From a virus (Duplodnaviria; Caudoviricetes), in IMG/VR virus record IMGVR_UViG_3300021425_000040, positions 1-59,022 of that record: DNA of 59,022 bases; one strand, written 5' to 3'. The notes below the pieces were generated by a model. That model searched no databases and was not told the DNA's origin. It saw nothing but the letters and a program-made list of their open reading frames with translations. Below are positions 47,643 to 57,705 of this stretch, in pieces (positions within the stretch are counted from its first letter, which is position 1; each line of letters begins with the position of its first letter). Both the position numbers and the translations under genes were made by a program.

Positions 47643-49034
47643 TTAAGTAGCGTATGTTTTTACTGCTAAACCGTTGCCTACAAAAAATTCATCGCCGTCA
47701 GCAGTATTTAGACAAACAGCTTGTTGACTTCCTACACTATGTGTATAATCTCCAGTACCTAGCTGGTCAGTTCCAGACGAAGTAGAATGTAAATCCCAAG
47801 CAGTAGATAAATCCCACTGTCTAATTACATTTGTAGTTTCAGATACAGTAAATAGTTTTAAACCTGTATCACTTAAAAAGACATCTTGTATGACACTATC
47901 ACTAATATATCCTATGGTAGCAGAGCCTCTGGTATCGGGTCTAAAGGCTGTAGATAGATATGCATGAGCTACATAATCAAAGTAATGATTACTTATAAAA
48001 AGATTATGACCATCTGGGCTTAAATAGACTCCAGAGTTTCTACCTGCACCAGATCCAAGGTTAGTTGTATATCCAGAATATGACAATGTAGTAGGATCAT
48101 AAGGTGTTCCAAAATCCCATCTTCTCACATTACCAGAGTGAGCTTCTGTTGTAAATAAATAAGCACCATCACTAGTCATATGCCAGCCAGTAAACCATTG
48201 TCCACTATTTACATTAACTCCGACAACATTCTGTAGCGTCCAACTATCTACACCAAAAGCAGTTGATTGTCTTGTTCCTGTGCTAAGATCCCATGGTGTT
48301 GTTAATGTGTAATACCAGCACATAGGATTACTATTATCAGACGTTTTCATACCAGCAATGAATTTAGTTCCGTCGGCACTGAATGATAAACCACCTATTG
48401 TTCTTCCAGACATAGCCTGTAAATTAGTTGTTCTTGTTAATGTAGAATTATCTATATCATTCATCTCAGTAATAAACGAAAGAGTAAAGCTATTAGCACC
48501 AGATGTAGCAGTGTTTATACCATCAGAAGCAGTAAATGTTAAATCAAATGTAGTATCATTACTAGCGTGTGGAGTAATAGTAAATACGTTATCAGCTTGA
48601 GTAACTGTAGAACCATTTAAAGACCCAGAACTAACACTATAGTTGTATGTTAATGGTACTTCTTCAGAGTCAGTAGCAGCAACAGTAATAACAGTAGCAG
48701 TCCCATCTGTAGCAAGAGTAAACGGTGTTGTATTTGCAGAAGCATCTTGTACTGCAGTAATAGTAGGATTAGTGTTAACTAAACTAACTGAGTACCAACC
48801 ACTTCCATTTGATATGTACAAAGCATTAGAAGACTCAACAAATGCTTGCTGCCCTGCACTAACACCGCTAAGGGGTAATTCTGAAATAGTTGCATATACG
48901 TCTGTACCTGAAGAGGCACTTACTCCTCTATTTACACGTAACCAAGCACTCTTAGAAGTACTATACATCCAAGTATTATTAGCTAGTATAGCTTCTTGTC
49001 CGTCTACCGGACTATCTGGAAAATTAATTGCCAT
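47643..49034 (-). CDS. Fibre/adhesin with an Ig-like connector and an STAWD-type propeller
   Basis: 463 aa; MAINFPDSP anchor; LTTPWDLST / LSTAWDL repeats. Confidence 0.8.
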   Translation of the reverse strand: MAINFPDSPVDGQEAILANNTWMYSTSKSAWLRVNRGVSASSGTDVYATISELPLSGVSAGQQAFVESSNALYISNGSGWYSVSLVNTNPTITAVQDASANTTPFTLATDGTATVITVAATDSEEVPLTYNYSVSSGSLNGSTVTQADNVFTITPHASNDTTFDLTFTASDGINTATSGANSFTLSFITEMNDIDNSTLTRTTNLQAMSGRTIGGLSFSADGTKFIAGMKTSDNSNPMCWYYTLTTPWDLSTGTRQSTAFGVDSWTLQNVVGVNVNSGQWFTGWHMTSDGAYLFTTEAHSGNVRRWDFGTPYDPTTLSYSGYTTNLGSGAGRNSGVYLSPDGHNLFISNHYFDYVAHAYLSTAFRPDTRGSATIGYISDSVIQDVFLSDTGLKLFTVSETTNVIRQWDLSTAWDLHSTSSGTDQLGTGDYTHSVGSQQAVCLNTADGDEFFVGNGLAVKTYAT

Positions 49035-49059
49035 TTGCTATGTTACCTTTATTTAACCA

Positions 49060-50406
49060 TTAGTTCTTTATGTACAAAAACCCTTTTGTTCTTGCTACTC
49101 TACCTAGACTACCAGATACATAGTTCAATCCCCCTGCCCCAGCGGTATTTGAACCAAGTGGGCCTGAACCAGCATTCTTCAAACCAATCCCCAAAACTCT
49201 ATCTCTAGAATCGGATACATCTACATCCGCTGAATGTCCAAATCTGATATATCCATATCCAGCTGGGCTAGGAATTCCATGTTGATAACCATATCTAAAA
49301 TACGTTGCTCCAGCATTCCATGCGTTGCCGTTAGTATCTAAAAATGCTTGTGTCCACCCTGCTGCAATCCCTGCATCGCCATCTGCTACTTCACTGTTTG
49401 CATTTATAGTAGTACTATCATGACTAATACTTGTTGGTACTGGTAAAGCGCCATTTGCAAGAGCTCTTGCAGTATAACTAGTGTGGTTATAGTAATGAAA
49501 GTGAGTTGATGCATTTGTTCCTAAAGCAAGTCCAGTGGCAGTCGTTTGAAGTGTATAAAATAGTGATGATATTTGATTTGTATCTGAGGACGGATCCAAT
49601 GCAGTAGTTACTCCTCCAGTAGTATCAGTCCACACCGAAGAATCATAATCATAAGAGTTGCCTGTAGTTCCATCAGCAACGACCATGACTAGAATCCAAG
49701 GGCCGCCTGCCAAATCAAAATTTACATAACATTCTGTCGCCGAATTATCAAAACCATCTAAATATAGATTGTAGTTGCCACTTGTAGTAATTCCAGCAGT
49801 AGATAATTGAGAGGCAGACTGAAATCCACTATTTACAGTTGTAGTTTTTGATATGACATGAGTACCGTCTGTGGCCTTTGAACGAAAAGAAAATGACCCA
49901 GTATTACTAGATAATGCGAGAGTATAAACACCACCCGATTCAGATACACTTTGTAACTGTGTTGGACTTGTTGGGTTTGTATCATATAAATAAGTTACTG
50001 GAAACCCATCAGGATCTGATGCCGATACTGTTATTGAAATGTTAGAAGATGGGGCTCCAGCATATTCAGTATTTGGTTCAGTATCCCAATTTAATATTTC
50101 ATCTGGCCCAGAATATATTCTATCCCATTCGGTTCCGTCCCACACATATAATGCTTTGATATCCTGTGCAAATGCAAAGTCTCCTACTGTATTACCAGAT
50201 GATGAAAACGCTGCAGTGTTAGCGTAAGCAGTTACACCACTACCGCTACCACTACTTAATAAGCCGTTGGCATCTGAAAGATCAGATATGTCAATACCTA
50301 AAGGAGTAGAAATATCCCATACGCCTTTTGTGCTATTGTACACAAAAGTTAAGTTTCCTGAAGTATAAGTGTCTCCGTGTGATGGAGATGAGGGGAAATC
50401 TGACAT
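49060..50406 (-). CDS. Fibre/adhesin with a fibrinogen-C-like tip domain
   Basis: 448 aa; MSDFPSSP anchor; SGNY.L...ECYVNFDLAGGPWILV resembles the start of a fibrinogen-like domain. Confidence 0.7.
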   Translation of the reverse strand: MSDFPSSPSHGDTYTSGNLTFVYNSTKGVWDISTPLGIDISDLSDANGLLSSGSGSGVTAYANTAAFSSSGNTVGDFAFAQDIKALYVWDGTEWDRIYSGPDEILNWDTEPNTEYAGAPSSNISITVSASDPDGFPVTYLYDTNPTSPTQLQSVSESGGVYTLALSSNTGSFSFRSKATDGTHVISKTTTVNSGFQSASQLSTAGITTSGNYNLYLDGFDNSATECYVNFDLAGGPWILVMVVADGTTGNSYDYDSSVWTDTTGGVTTALDPSSDTNQISSLFYTLQTTATGLALGTNASTHFHYYNHTSYTARALANGALPVPTSISHDSTTINANSEVADGDAGIAAGWTQAFLDTNGNAWNAGATYFRYGYQHGIPSPAGYGYIRFGHSADVDVSDSRDRVLGIGLKNAGSGPLGSNTAGAGGLNYVSGSLGRVARTKGFLYIKN

Positions 50407-50410
50407 TTTT

Positions 50411-52960
50411 CTATCCTTCTAGTGGTTCTGTTGGTGGTGTAAAGTTTGAGGTGTATCTTGCTAAACCTTTAGTAATTCTTAAATCTTGAATGTATCCAGG
50501 CAATAAATAGCTGGTGTTGGAATTCCAACGGCTTGCTATTCTTAAATCTGTATTTGTTAGGTCAGCGCTAATTCCTGTCACTGTATGCTCTAAAGTTCCA
50601 TCCACATATACTTTTACAGTAGTTCCGATTCGAGTCATTGCAATGTGATGCCAACCCGTACCGTGTTCAACAGTAAATGTGTTTGGAAAAGCCGACCCCC
50701 AAACTGTTGAATTACCCCCGACCATAAAATCATAACGACTAAAAAAGATTCCCGTACTTTGCGATCCACTTGAAGCAAGAGACAAATAACCACTAAACTC
50801 TTGCTGTCCAGTACTTCCACTTCCGTCATCATTTACCCAGAACTCAACAGTAAAATCTCCTGCACCAATAGGTTCGATAGTAGTATCTGCGTAATCCCCG
50901 TTCCCATCAAAATACATAGATTTAGAACCAGCAAACTTAACCTGAGTTGTTGATCCAGTAGTATTGCCCACCAGCTTTAGATTAGAACTTTGTGATTTAT
51001 CTAAGATAGAAGCGTCTGTGCCTTTGATGTGTAGTTCTGCACCAGTTGAAGATAGAGGAGCGGTTGGTGGGGTAAAGTTAGAAGTTCTGGAAGTTCCCTT
51101 TTCGAATCTTATATCACTAATGAAACCTTGAAAGTCAGTACCCACACCAGTTCCACCAATAGCAATAGCACCAGCATCGTAACTATTAGTATGCGCTTCG
51201 CCCTGACTACTTAACGCAAGACTTTCCCCATTAAAAAATATCTTGATTAAATTTCCAGTACGGCTTGCGCAGATATGTTGCCAAGTATTATATATTAAAG
51301 GAACCGTAGAGGTTGTTCTAACATCCCATCCTTGACCATAATCTCCGATCCTAAAATCAGAACTATGATAATCCAAATAAATTCCTCCAGTATAAATGGC
51401 TTGATGAATACCAAATAAATGAAAATTACCTTGAGAGGTGTTTGTTGGATATATCCAAGCCTCTATAATAAAATCTTCACTAGACCCTATGGCAAAATTA
51501 TTAGAGGTACTTGCTGTAATTCTATCTCCGCTCCCATCAAAATACACAGACCCACCGTGATTTGTTGCTGAGTATTCGCTGTAGTCGTAGGGTGAGAATG
51601 GCTTTGTGGAAACACTGTTATTAATAACAGGTGCTAATACAGTTGAAGCACCAGTTTGCGCCGCCGGATAAGGTTTATGGGCTGCAAGAATAATGGTGTT
51701 ACTATCAGCAACAGCAGGTTGATTATTTACTGCTCCATTATGTACTTCTGATTTAAGATGAAAATCACGAACGTCCATTTTTGTGTGGTAACTAGATTGC
51801 GCATACCTGTCAGCACCAATTACTAATTGCTGTACATTTGCGGCTGATACGTTTGCCATTCCACTATCAGTAGTGCTGCCAACTGAACTTCCATCAATAT
51901 AAAATGTTGTTGTTCCAGATGAATGTGTGATGACGTAGTAAGACCATTTATCAAAACAAGTTAAACTGGTTGCTGTATTAATTATAGCACCCACATTTAC
52001 TGTAGTTAAAGAAAAGTTTTTAAATGATAAATTTGCTTGTAATGCAAAACCATTTCCAGAGCTATATTGCCTATCAAAATCAAAAATATATGGAGCGCCG
52101 TTTGTTGCCCCAGTAGAGGGTATATATGCCCAAAAACTAAAACTCCATGTTGTTCCAAGGCCACTTGCGCTAGAGTGGTTCGGCTCAAAACTTTCGTCTG
52201 TGCCGTTAAAGCTTAAGCTATAGCCGCCACTACGATACGGGCTAAATGTACCAGCATGGGCATTGCCATTTACTGTGATGCTATGGTTATTAGATGAAGC
52301 GTCTGTGATGTTATTATTATCAGACGTATCAGTTGCTGTTGCTAATAAAGTTGTGTAATTACTATTAGCAATGATTGTAATAAATTGTAACGTAAAGCTG
52401 TTAGCGTTAGTTGCTGTGTTTATTCCGTCGCTAGCAGTAAATGTTAATTCAAATGTACCAGCATAAGCTTCTGTGGTGCTAGGAGTAACAGTAAATACAT
52501 TATCAGCTTGAGTGACTGTAGCTGTTGTACCGCCTCCGTTTGTAAGGCTTCCAGATGTTACGCTGTAGTTATAAGTAAGTGGTATATCTTCAGGGTCACT
52601 TGCTGTAACAGTAATAACTGTAGCAGTCCCATCAGTCGCAAGAGTAAAAGGAGTTGTTCCTGCTGAAGCGTCTTGTACTGCCGTAATAGCAGGATTAGTG
52701 TTAACTAAACTAATTGAGTACCAACCAGTACCATTACTAACGTACATTCTATTTGACCCAGTAACAAATGCTTGCTCTCCTGCACTAACACCACTAAGAG
52801 GTAATTCTGAGGTAGTTGCATAAGTAGTTAAGCTTGCGCTAGATCTACCACTAGTTAAAGTCTTTTCCCAAACTGATTTAGTACTATTGTACTGCCAGGT
52901 GTTTCCTCCTGCAGAAGTTTGTTGTCCGTTTGTAGGACTATCTGGAAAATTAATTGCCAT
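50411..52960 (-). CDS. Fibre/adhesin with LamG/ConA-like lectin domains
   Basis: 849 aa; three units such as S.YFDG.GD...DF.IE.W...W.H....R...G.I.D.R..KG..R.SNFTPPT. Confidence 0.85.
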   Translation of the reverse strand: MAINFPDSPTNGQQTSAGGNTWQYNSTKSVWEKTLTSGRSSASLTTYATTSELPLSGVSAGEQAFVTGSNRMYVSNGTGWYSISLVNTNPAITAVQDASAGTTPFTLATDGTATVITVTASDPEDIPLTYNYSVTSGSLTNGGGTTATVTQADNVFTVTPSTTEAYAGTFELTFTASDGINTATNANSFTLQFITIIANSNYTTLLATATDTSDNNNITDASSNNHSITVNGNAHAGTFSPYRSGGYSLSFNGTDESFEPNHSSASGLGTTWSFSFWAYIPSTGATNGAPYIFDFDRQYSSGNGFALQANLSFKNFSLTTVNVGAIINTATSLTCFDKWSYYVITHSSGTTTFYIDGSSVGSTTDSGMANVSAANVQQLVIGADRYAQSSYHTKMDVRDFHLKSEVHNGAVNNQPAVADSNTIILAAHKPYPAAQTGASTVLAPVINNSVSTKPFSPYDYSEYSATNHGGSVYFDGSGDRITASTSNNFAIGSSEDFIIEAWIYPTNTSQGNFHLFGIHQAIYTGGIYLDYHSSDFRIGDYGQGWDVRTTSTVPLIYNTWQHICASRTGNLIKIFFNGESLALSSQGEAHTNSYDAGAIAIGGTGVGTDFQGFISDIRFEKGTSRTSNFTPPTAPLSSTGAELHIKGTDASILDKSQSSNLKLVGNTTGSTTQVKFAGSKSMYFDGNGDYADTTIEPIGAGDFTVEFWVNDDGSGSTGQQEFSGYLSLASSGSQSTGIFFSRYDFMVGGNSTVWGSAFPNTFTVEHGTGWHHIAMTRIGTTVKVYVDGTLEHTVTGISADLTNTDLRIASRWNSNTSYLLPGYIQDLRITKGLARYTSNFTPPTEPLEG

Positions 52961-52966
52961 GTTATA

Positions 52967-53071
52967 TTATCCTTTTAGTGGCGCTGATGGAATATTGGCG
53001 CTTTCATCGGCAGCGGTATAGCGAGCTAAACCTTTGGTGATACAAAAACCTAGTTTTGTGTTATTGCTCAT
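52967..53071 (-). pseudogene. Collapsed fibre gene: 34-aa fusion of a fibre N-terminus and a LamG C-terminus
   Basis: MSNNTKLG (compare MSNNRKLG of 44582-47620) followed by FC and ITKGLARYT...PSAPLKG (compare ITKGLARYT...PTEPLEG of 50411-52960). Confidence 0.8.
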
Positions 53072-53079
53072 CGTATGTC

Positions 53080-55338
53080 CTATGCGGGTACAAAAATATA
53101 AACAGACCCTGCATCTGTAGCTGTAGTGTCTTCATTAGAAGCACTTACTATAGCAGTGTTCCCATCGCCGGATATAGATACATATTGTCCAAATCTATCA
53201 CTGGCTTGTGCGTCACTTGATTGTATCTTAGCTTCTTGAGACCAAGTTGTTCCTGACCGTGTAAAGACATAAGCAGCTCCTGCATCTGTAGCTGTAGTGT
53301 CTTCATTTTTAGCACCGACAATTACTGTATTTCCATCATCAGATATAGATACAGATTGTCCGAAATTATCACCTGCCTGTACATCACTTGATTGTATCTT
53401 AGCTTCTTGAGACCAAGTTGTACCTGAACGTGTGAATATGTAGGCAGAACCTGCATCTGTAGCTGTAGTGTCCTCACTCCAGGCACCTACTATTGCTGTA
53501 TTCCCATCACTAGATATAGATACATATTGTCCAAATCTATCACCACTTTGCGCATCGGACGCTTTTATCATAGCCTGTTGTGACCAAGTCGTACCTGATC
53601 TTGTAAAGACATAAGCAGCTCCTGAATCTGTAGCTGTAGTGTCTTCATTATAAGCACCTACTATAGCAGTGTTCCCATCGCCCGATATAGATACAGCGAT
53701 TCCAAAAATATCAGCGGAACCAGCGTTTGATGCTTGTATCTTAGCTTGTTGAGACCAAGATGTGCCTGATCTAGTAAAGACATAAGCAGAACCTGCCTCA
53801 CCAGCAGTAGTGTCCTCACCATAGGCCCCTACTATCGCTGTATTCCCATCACTCGATATAGATACAGATTGTCCGAAATAATCAATGGCTTGTATATCAG
53901 ATGCCTGTATCTTAGCTTGCTGTGACCAAGTTGTACCCGATCTTGTAAAAATATAAGCAGCTCCTGCCTCGTTCCCTCCAGTGTCCTCACTATAGGCACC
54001 TACTATTGCTGTATTCCCATCACTCGATATAGATACATCAATTCCAAAATAATCATAAGCTTGTGCATCTGATGCTTGTATTTTAGCTTGCTGTGACCAA
54101 GTTGTACCTGAACGTGTGAATATGTAGGCAGAACCTGCCCCATCTGCAGTGGTGTCTTCTAAATAAGCACCTACTATCGCTGTGTTTCCATCGTTAGATA
54201 TAGATACAGACTTTCCAAATCTATCACTGGCTTGTGCATCAGAAGCTTGTATCTTAGCTTGCTGCGTTACGTTTCCCCAGCTTGAAAACGACAGAGTAAA
54301 GCTATTAGCGTTAGTTGCAGTATTTATTCCGTCACTAGCAGTAAAAGTTAATTCAAACGTACCAGCATACGCTTCTGTTGTCGACGGAGTTACTGTAAAT
54401 ACATTATCGCTCTGAGTGATTGTAGCTGTGGTACCTCCGCCATTAGTCAAGCTTCCAGATGTTACACTGTAGTTATAAGTAAGGGGTACTTGCTCTGGAT
54501 CACTTGCTGTAACAGTAATAACAGTTGCTGAACCATCTGTAGTAAGAGTAAAGGGTGTGGTATTAGAATCGCCGTCTAATACGCTCGTAATAGTAGGACT
54601 ACTATTTACAAGACCAATGCTATACCAACCAGTACCATTGTTAATATAAAGCCTATTGGTAGAATTGACATATGCTTGTTCTCCTGCATCAGTACCTGTT
54701 AACGGCAAAAGATCAGGTGTAGCATAAACCGCTACACCTGATCCAGCTGAGGTAACATTTGATTGTACAGTATCTATTAAACTAGATAGAGTAGTATAAG
54801 TAGTATGGTCGTTAGAAGAAGCAGTAGGATCTAATACATCAGTATCTCCAAAATTAATTATCTGAACTTCGTCACCAGTAGATAAAGATATTTCTACATT
54901 AGAACCATCAGTTGCATCTATGTCTGATCTTAGTACGCCATTAACCCATGCATTAACCTTACCTACAGTATAGGAAGGTAAAGTAGGAGTGCTGCTAGAA
55001 TTAAAAACTACATTTCCTGTTGTAGTACTAGTATAGTCTACTGAATAATAAGAAGTAGGATATCCTGGTCCTGGAGCACCTCTTGCACCTACAGAATTTG
55101 CAGGAATCCATTGAGAGCTGGTGCCGTCAGAATAATAAATATAAGTAGTCAGACTAGAAGGATCAAACCAAAAATCGCCAGCAGAAGGATTAGAAGGTGC
55201 ATTAGTACCTGTACTTGCAGAAGCTTGTACTGTAGATGTTATATCCCAGTAACCCGCAGTAGCGTTATATACATAAGTAGTATCATTTACACTAAATGAG
55301 TCTCCATTTGAAGGAGCGTCTGGAAAATTAACGGCCAT
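53080..55338 (-). CDS. Fibre/adhesin with a seven-bladed FG-GAP beta-propeller
   Basis: 752 aa; MAVNFPDAP anchor; Ig connector; seven 57-aa repeats. Confidence 0.85.
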   Translation of the reverse strand: MAVNFPDAPSNGDSFSVNDTTYVYNATAGYWDITSTVQASASTGTNAPSNPSAGDFWFDPSSLTTYIYYSDGTSSQWIPANSVGARGAPGPGYPTSYYSVDYTSTTTGNVVFNSSSTPTLPSYTVGKVNAWVNGVLRSDIDATDGSNVEISLSTGDEVQIINFGDTDVLDPTASSNDHTTYTTLSSLIDTVQSNVTSAGSGVAVYATPDLLPLTGTDAGEQAYVNSTNRLYINNGTGWYSIGLVNSSPTITSVLDGDSNTTPFTLTTDGSATVITVTASDPEQVPLTYNYSVTSGSLTNGGGTTATITQSDNVFTVTPSTTEAYAGTFELTFTASDGINTATNANSFTLSFSSWGNVTQQAKIQASDAQASDRFGKSVSISNDGNTAIVGAYLEDTTADGAGSAYIFTRSGTTWSQQAKIQASDAQAYDYFGIDVSISSDGNTAIVGAYSEDTGGNEAGAAYIFTRSGTTWSQQAKIQASDIQAIDYFGQSVSISSDGNTAIVGAYGEDTTAGEAGSAYVFTRSGTSWSQQAKIQASNAGSADIFGIAVSISGDGNTAIVGAYNEDTTATDSGAAYVFTRSGTTWSQQAMIKASDAQSGDRFGQYVSISSDGNTAIVGAWSEDTTATDAGSAYIFTRSGTTWSQEAKIQSSDVQAGDNFGQSVSISDDGNTVIVGAKNEDTTATDAGAAYVFTRSGTTWSQEAKIQSSDAQASDRFGQYVSISGDGNTAIVSASNEDTTATDAGSVYIFVPA
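53085..54270 (-). repeat. Seven tandem 171-bp (57-aa) FG-GAP repeats
   Basis: Q.AKIQ.SD.Q..D.FG..VSIS.DGNTAIVGA..EDT.A..AG.AY.FTRSGTTWS; GATATAGATACA recurs every 171 bp. Confidence 0.9.
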
Positions 55339-55341
55339 TAA

Positions 55342-55515
55342 TTACTTTCTTCCTTTAAAACCTTTCTTATTTTTATTAAAGTTTTTATTATAAGGTTTTC
55401 TGTGCTTATTAGACCTAACAGGTTCATTATCAGGATTATCTGCGTGCATCCATTTATAAATACCCCAGTCTCTAGCAAAGTCTTCTAATTGTTTTAAATT
55501 GTGTTTTTTAGCCAC
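55342..55515 (-). CDS. Small basic protein (57 aa, GTG start)
   Basis: MAKKHNLKQLEDFARDWG...KGFKGRK; fills the gap between genes. Confidence 0.5.
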   Translation of the reverse strand: MAKKHNLKQLEDFARDWGIYKWMHADNPDNEPVRSNKHRKPYNKNFNKNKKGFKGRK

Positions 55516-55726
55516 TTCCTAATTCCCTATTAGCTTTAGGCTTGCTTGAAGTGTGCTGTTCGGCAGTAATTGAAAGTAAAAATCTAGAAAATAAATCTTT
55601 AAGTTCTTCACTAGTAGGTACTTTTCCTGTATCGTACTCCATACTCATTTCAATGTCTGGAATTCTACCAGAAGCATCTTTTTCCCAATCATCATGATTA
55701 GAATTTACTGTCATTCTTACATACAT
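55508..55726 (-). CDS. Hypothetical protein
   Basis: 72 aa, directly after the endolysin. Confidence 0.55.
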   Translation of the reverse strand: MYVRMTVNSNHDDWEKDASGRIPDIEMSMEYDTGKVPTSEELKDLFSRFLLSITAEQHTSSKPKANRELGSG

Positions 55727-55727
55727 T

Positions 55728-56552
55728 TTAATCTCCGAATAATGCGTTAAGTGTTTTTGGGCCAGCTATTCCATCAGGAGTAAGACCTTTTCTTTTCTGA
55801 AAAGCACTTATAGCTGCTTTAGTTTTAGGACCAGATATTCCATCTGCTTTTAAACCTAGAGCTGTTTGAATATGTACTAAAGTATGCGTTACTTTTTCTA
55901 CTTTCTTTGTAGAAGGTTTTGTAGCTACTTTTTTAACTCCAAATACTTCTAAGGCATGCTCATAATGTTTTTTACGATCTTCTAATCCTATAGTGCCACC
56001 ATTAATAAGTTTTGTAACTTTTAGTATATCTTTAGCGTCTGCTGCGTTATTAATATTTCTTGAATTCCAATACCAACAAGCACTTTCTAGTGCTCCTTCT
56101 TTAGTTTGTACGTATTTAATAACTTGATCTACATCTTTATCTATAGATTCTCCAAAGGCAGTATAGTTATTGCAGCCTGTTAGTTGAATGATACCTCTAC
56201 CTCTAAATTTCCAACCGTCTCCAGTTTTTTCACTGCCATTACCCATTCTGTTAGAATATACCACATTAGCTATAGCTTCTGGCTTTCTAGCATAAGCTTT
56301 AGACGATCTTTCCCTAAAATATTTTGTAAACACAGCTTCTAAGGCAGAAGCACTATAGTTTAGATTTTCTTCTAATACTGTGAAGTTTCTACTTTCATGA
56401 GCGCATTGAGCTATAAAAGCTGCAACTCTTTCAGGGGTGTCTATATTATATTTGGGTAAAATGTCTATTAAAGCTTTATGCCAAGCAGGTACTTCTTTGT
56501 TGCCTTTGCCTATAAGCTCGTTTAACATTTCAACGGTAAGATTAAATTTCAT
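55728..56552 (-). CDS. Endolysin: glycoside hydrolase family 19 with a C-terminal peptidoglycan-binding domain
   Basis: AAFIAQCAHES, LEENLNYS, DGWKFRGRG.IQLTG..NY, INGG.IGLEDR; C-terminal DGI.GPKT..A...FQ...GL.PDGIAGPKT. Confidence 0.9.
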   Translation of the reverse strand: MKFNLTVEMLNELIGKGNKEVPAWHKALIDILPKYNIDTPERVAAFIAQCAHESRNFTVLEENLNYSASALEAVFTKYFRERSSKAYARKPEAIANVVYSNRMGNGSEKTGDGWKFRGRGIIQLTGCNNYTAFGESIDKDVDQVIKYVQTKEGALESACWYWNSRNINNAADAKDILKVTKLINGGTIGLEDRKKHYEHALEVFGVKKVATKPSTKKVEKVTHTLVHIQTALGLKADGISGPKTKAAISAFQKRKGLTPDGIAGPKTLNALFGD

Positions 56553-56566
56553 ATTTGTTCTCCTAG

Positions 56567-57130
56567 CTATTTAGAGGCTGCTATTTGCCCAGTTAGATTA
56601 TAACTTCTAGTTCTAACTTTTTTTATAGAAGATATTACTTCTTCGTATTCTTTCTTGAGAGTTTTTTGATCTTCTAAAGAAGGATTAAGAATATTTACTC
56701 TAAGGTGCCTATATAATGATTTCCAGATATCTCCATGCGGTTTTCCCGCAGATTTACCTTTTAAGTATTTAGACCAGTATTGAGCAGCATGAGCTACTTC
56801 ATGTAAACAGTGTAGGGCAATTTTATCTTCCGTATTTTTTGTATATATACTGCCTATTATAGGGCAGTCTTGAAAAGAAGCATACTCATATACTTTAGAA
56901 ACTCTTCCTTTTTTTATGTTGGTCGTAGCACTCATGGCGATGCTGATGCCAGCACCGCCTTTATTAGGATACCATCCCCCTCTTGAAGAGCATCTACGTT
57001 TAGACCAATCTAATTTATAAAAAGCTAATTCAAATTCGTGAAGGTCTATCAACTTGCAGATTTCTTTAGAAGAGACATTAATATAATGTTTTGCAATATC
57101 TTCATACTGCTCGATATCTGAGTACTTCAT
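56567..57130 (-). CDS. SprT-like zinc metalloprotease
   Basis: LHEVAHA...PHG..WK motif. Confidence 0.7.
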   Translation of the reverse strand: MKYSDIEQYEDIAKHYINVSSKEICKLIDLHEFELAFYKLDWSKRRCSSRGGWYPNKGGAGISIAMSATTNIKKGRVSKVYEYASFQDCPIIGSIYTKNTEDKIALHCLHEVAHAAQYWSKYLKGKSAGKPHGDIWKSLYRHLRVNILNPSLEDQKTLKKEYEEVISSIKKVRTRSYNLTGQIAASK

Positions 57131-57327
57131 TACTCGTTACTTTCGAATTCTACAATATTTCCATTGTCGTCTCTAGTAAGAGTAATATATCCTTTTTTAT
57201 CTAGAAAGATTAAAGATTTATCTACGCCATTATCTAGACCTTCGATAAATCCTTTTCTGTATGAGTACCAACAAGCAGTAACAATAAAAATTATATACAG
57301 AATATCTTTAAGCTCAAAAAGTGTCAA
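57130..57327 (-). CDS. Small membrane protein
   Basis: One N-terminal TM helix; 65 aa. Confidence 0.55.
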   Translation of the reverse strand: MTLFELKDILYIIFIVTACWYSYRKGFIEGLDNGVDKSLIFLDKKGYITLTRDDNGNIVEFESNE

Positions 57328-57329
57328 AG

Positions 57330-57602
57330 TTATGCTCCTTGTCTAGCAAAAGAACCACCAGATTTCCATCCTGCTTCTTGTGCCGTGACTCGGATAAAAG
57401 GTTTATTAGTTTCAGATTTATTAGGGTTTGAGATAGTTACCATTACGCGTTTTCCTTGGCGTAATGCTTTCATTTGGTTAACAATACGATCTCCAGAACT
57501 CATATAATCATTACGCATTTCTCTTCGTAAAGACTTACTAACATTAGAATGAATACCTGCTGATACGTTACCTTTGGACTTACCACCTTTTCTTTTAGCC
57601 AT
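57330..57602 (-). CDS. Basic hypothetical phage protein
   Basis: 90 aa; VTISNPNK.ETNKPFIRV motif; own promoter candidate (TTGACA at 57661). Confidence 0.7.
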   Translation of the reverse strand: MAKRKGGKSKGNVSAGIHSNVSKSLRREMRNDYMSSGDRIVNQMKALRQGKRVMVTISNPNKSETNKPFIRVTAQEAGWKSGGSFARQGA

Positions 57603-57705
57603 CTTATGTTCCTTTTTTTAGATTACTATTAATAATATAGTATAAAAGGCTAAACTGTCAATTATTTTTTTAAATAATATACTGACATATAGATAACTAA
57701 AGTAT

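Noticed and set aside
31522-55338. Diversity-generating retroelement or invertase shufflon acting on the fibre tips
   Set aside because: No reverse transcriptase, no template/variable repeat pair with adenine-specific differences, no invertase, and all genes are co-oriented.
57130-57327. Holin call for the small TM protein near the endolysin
   Set aside because: A single TM helix and proximity are insufficient, and it has no resemblance to a holin family I recognise.
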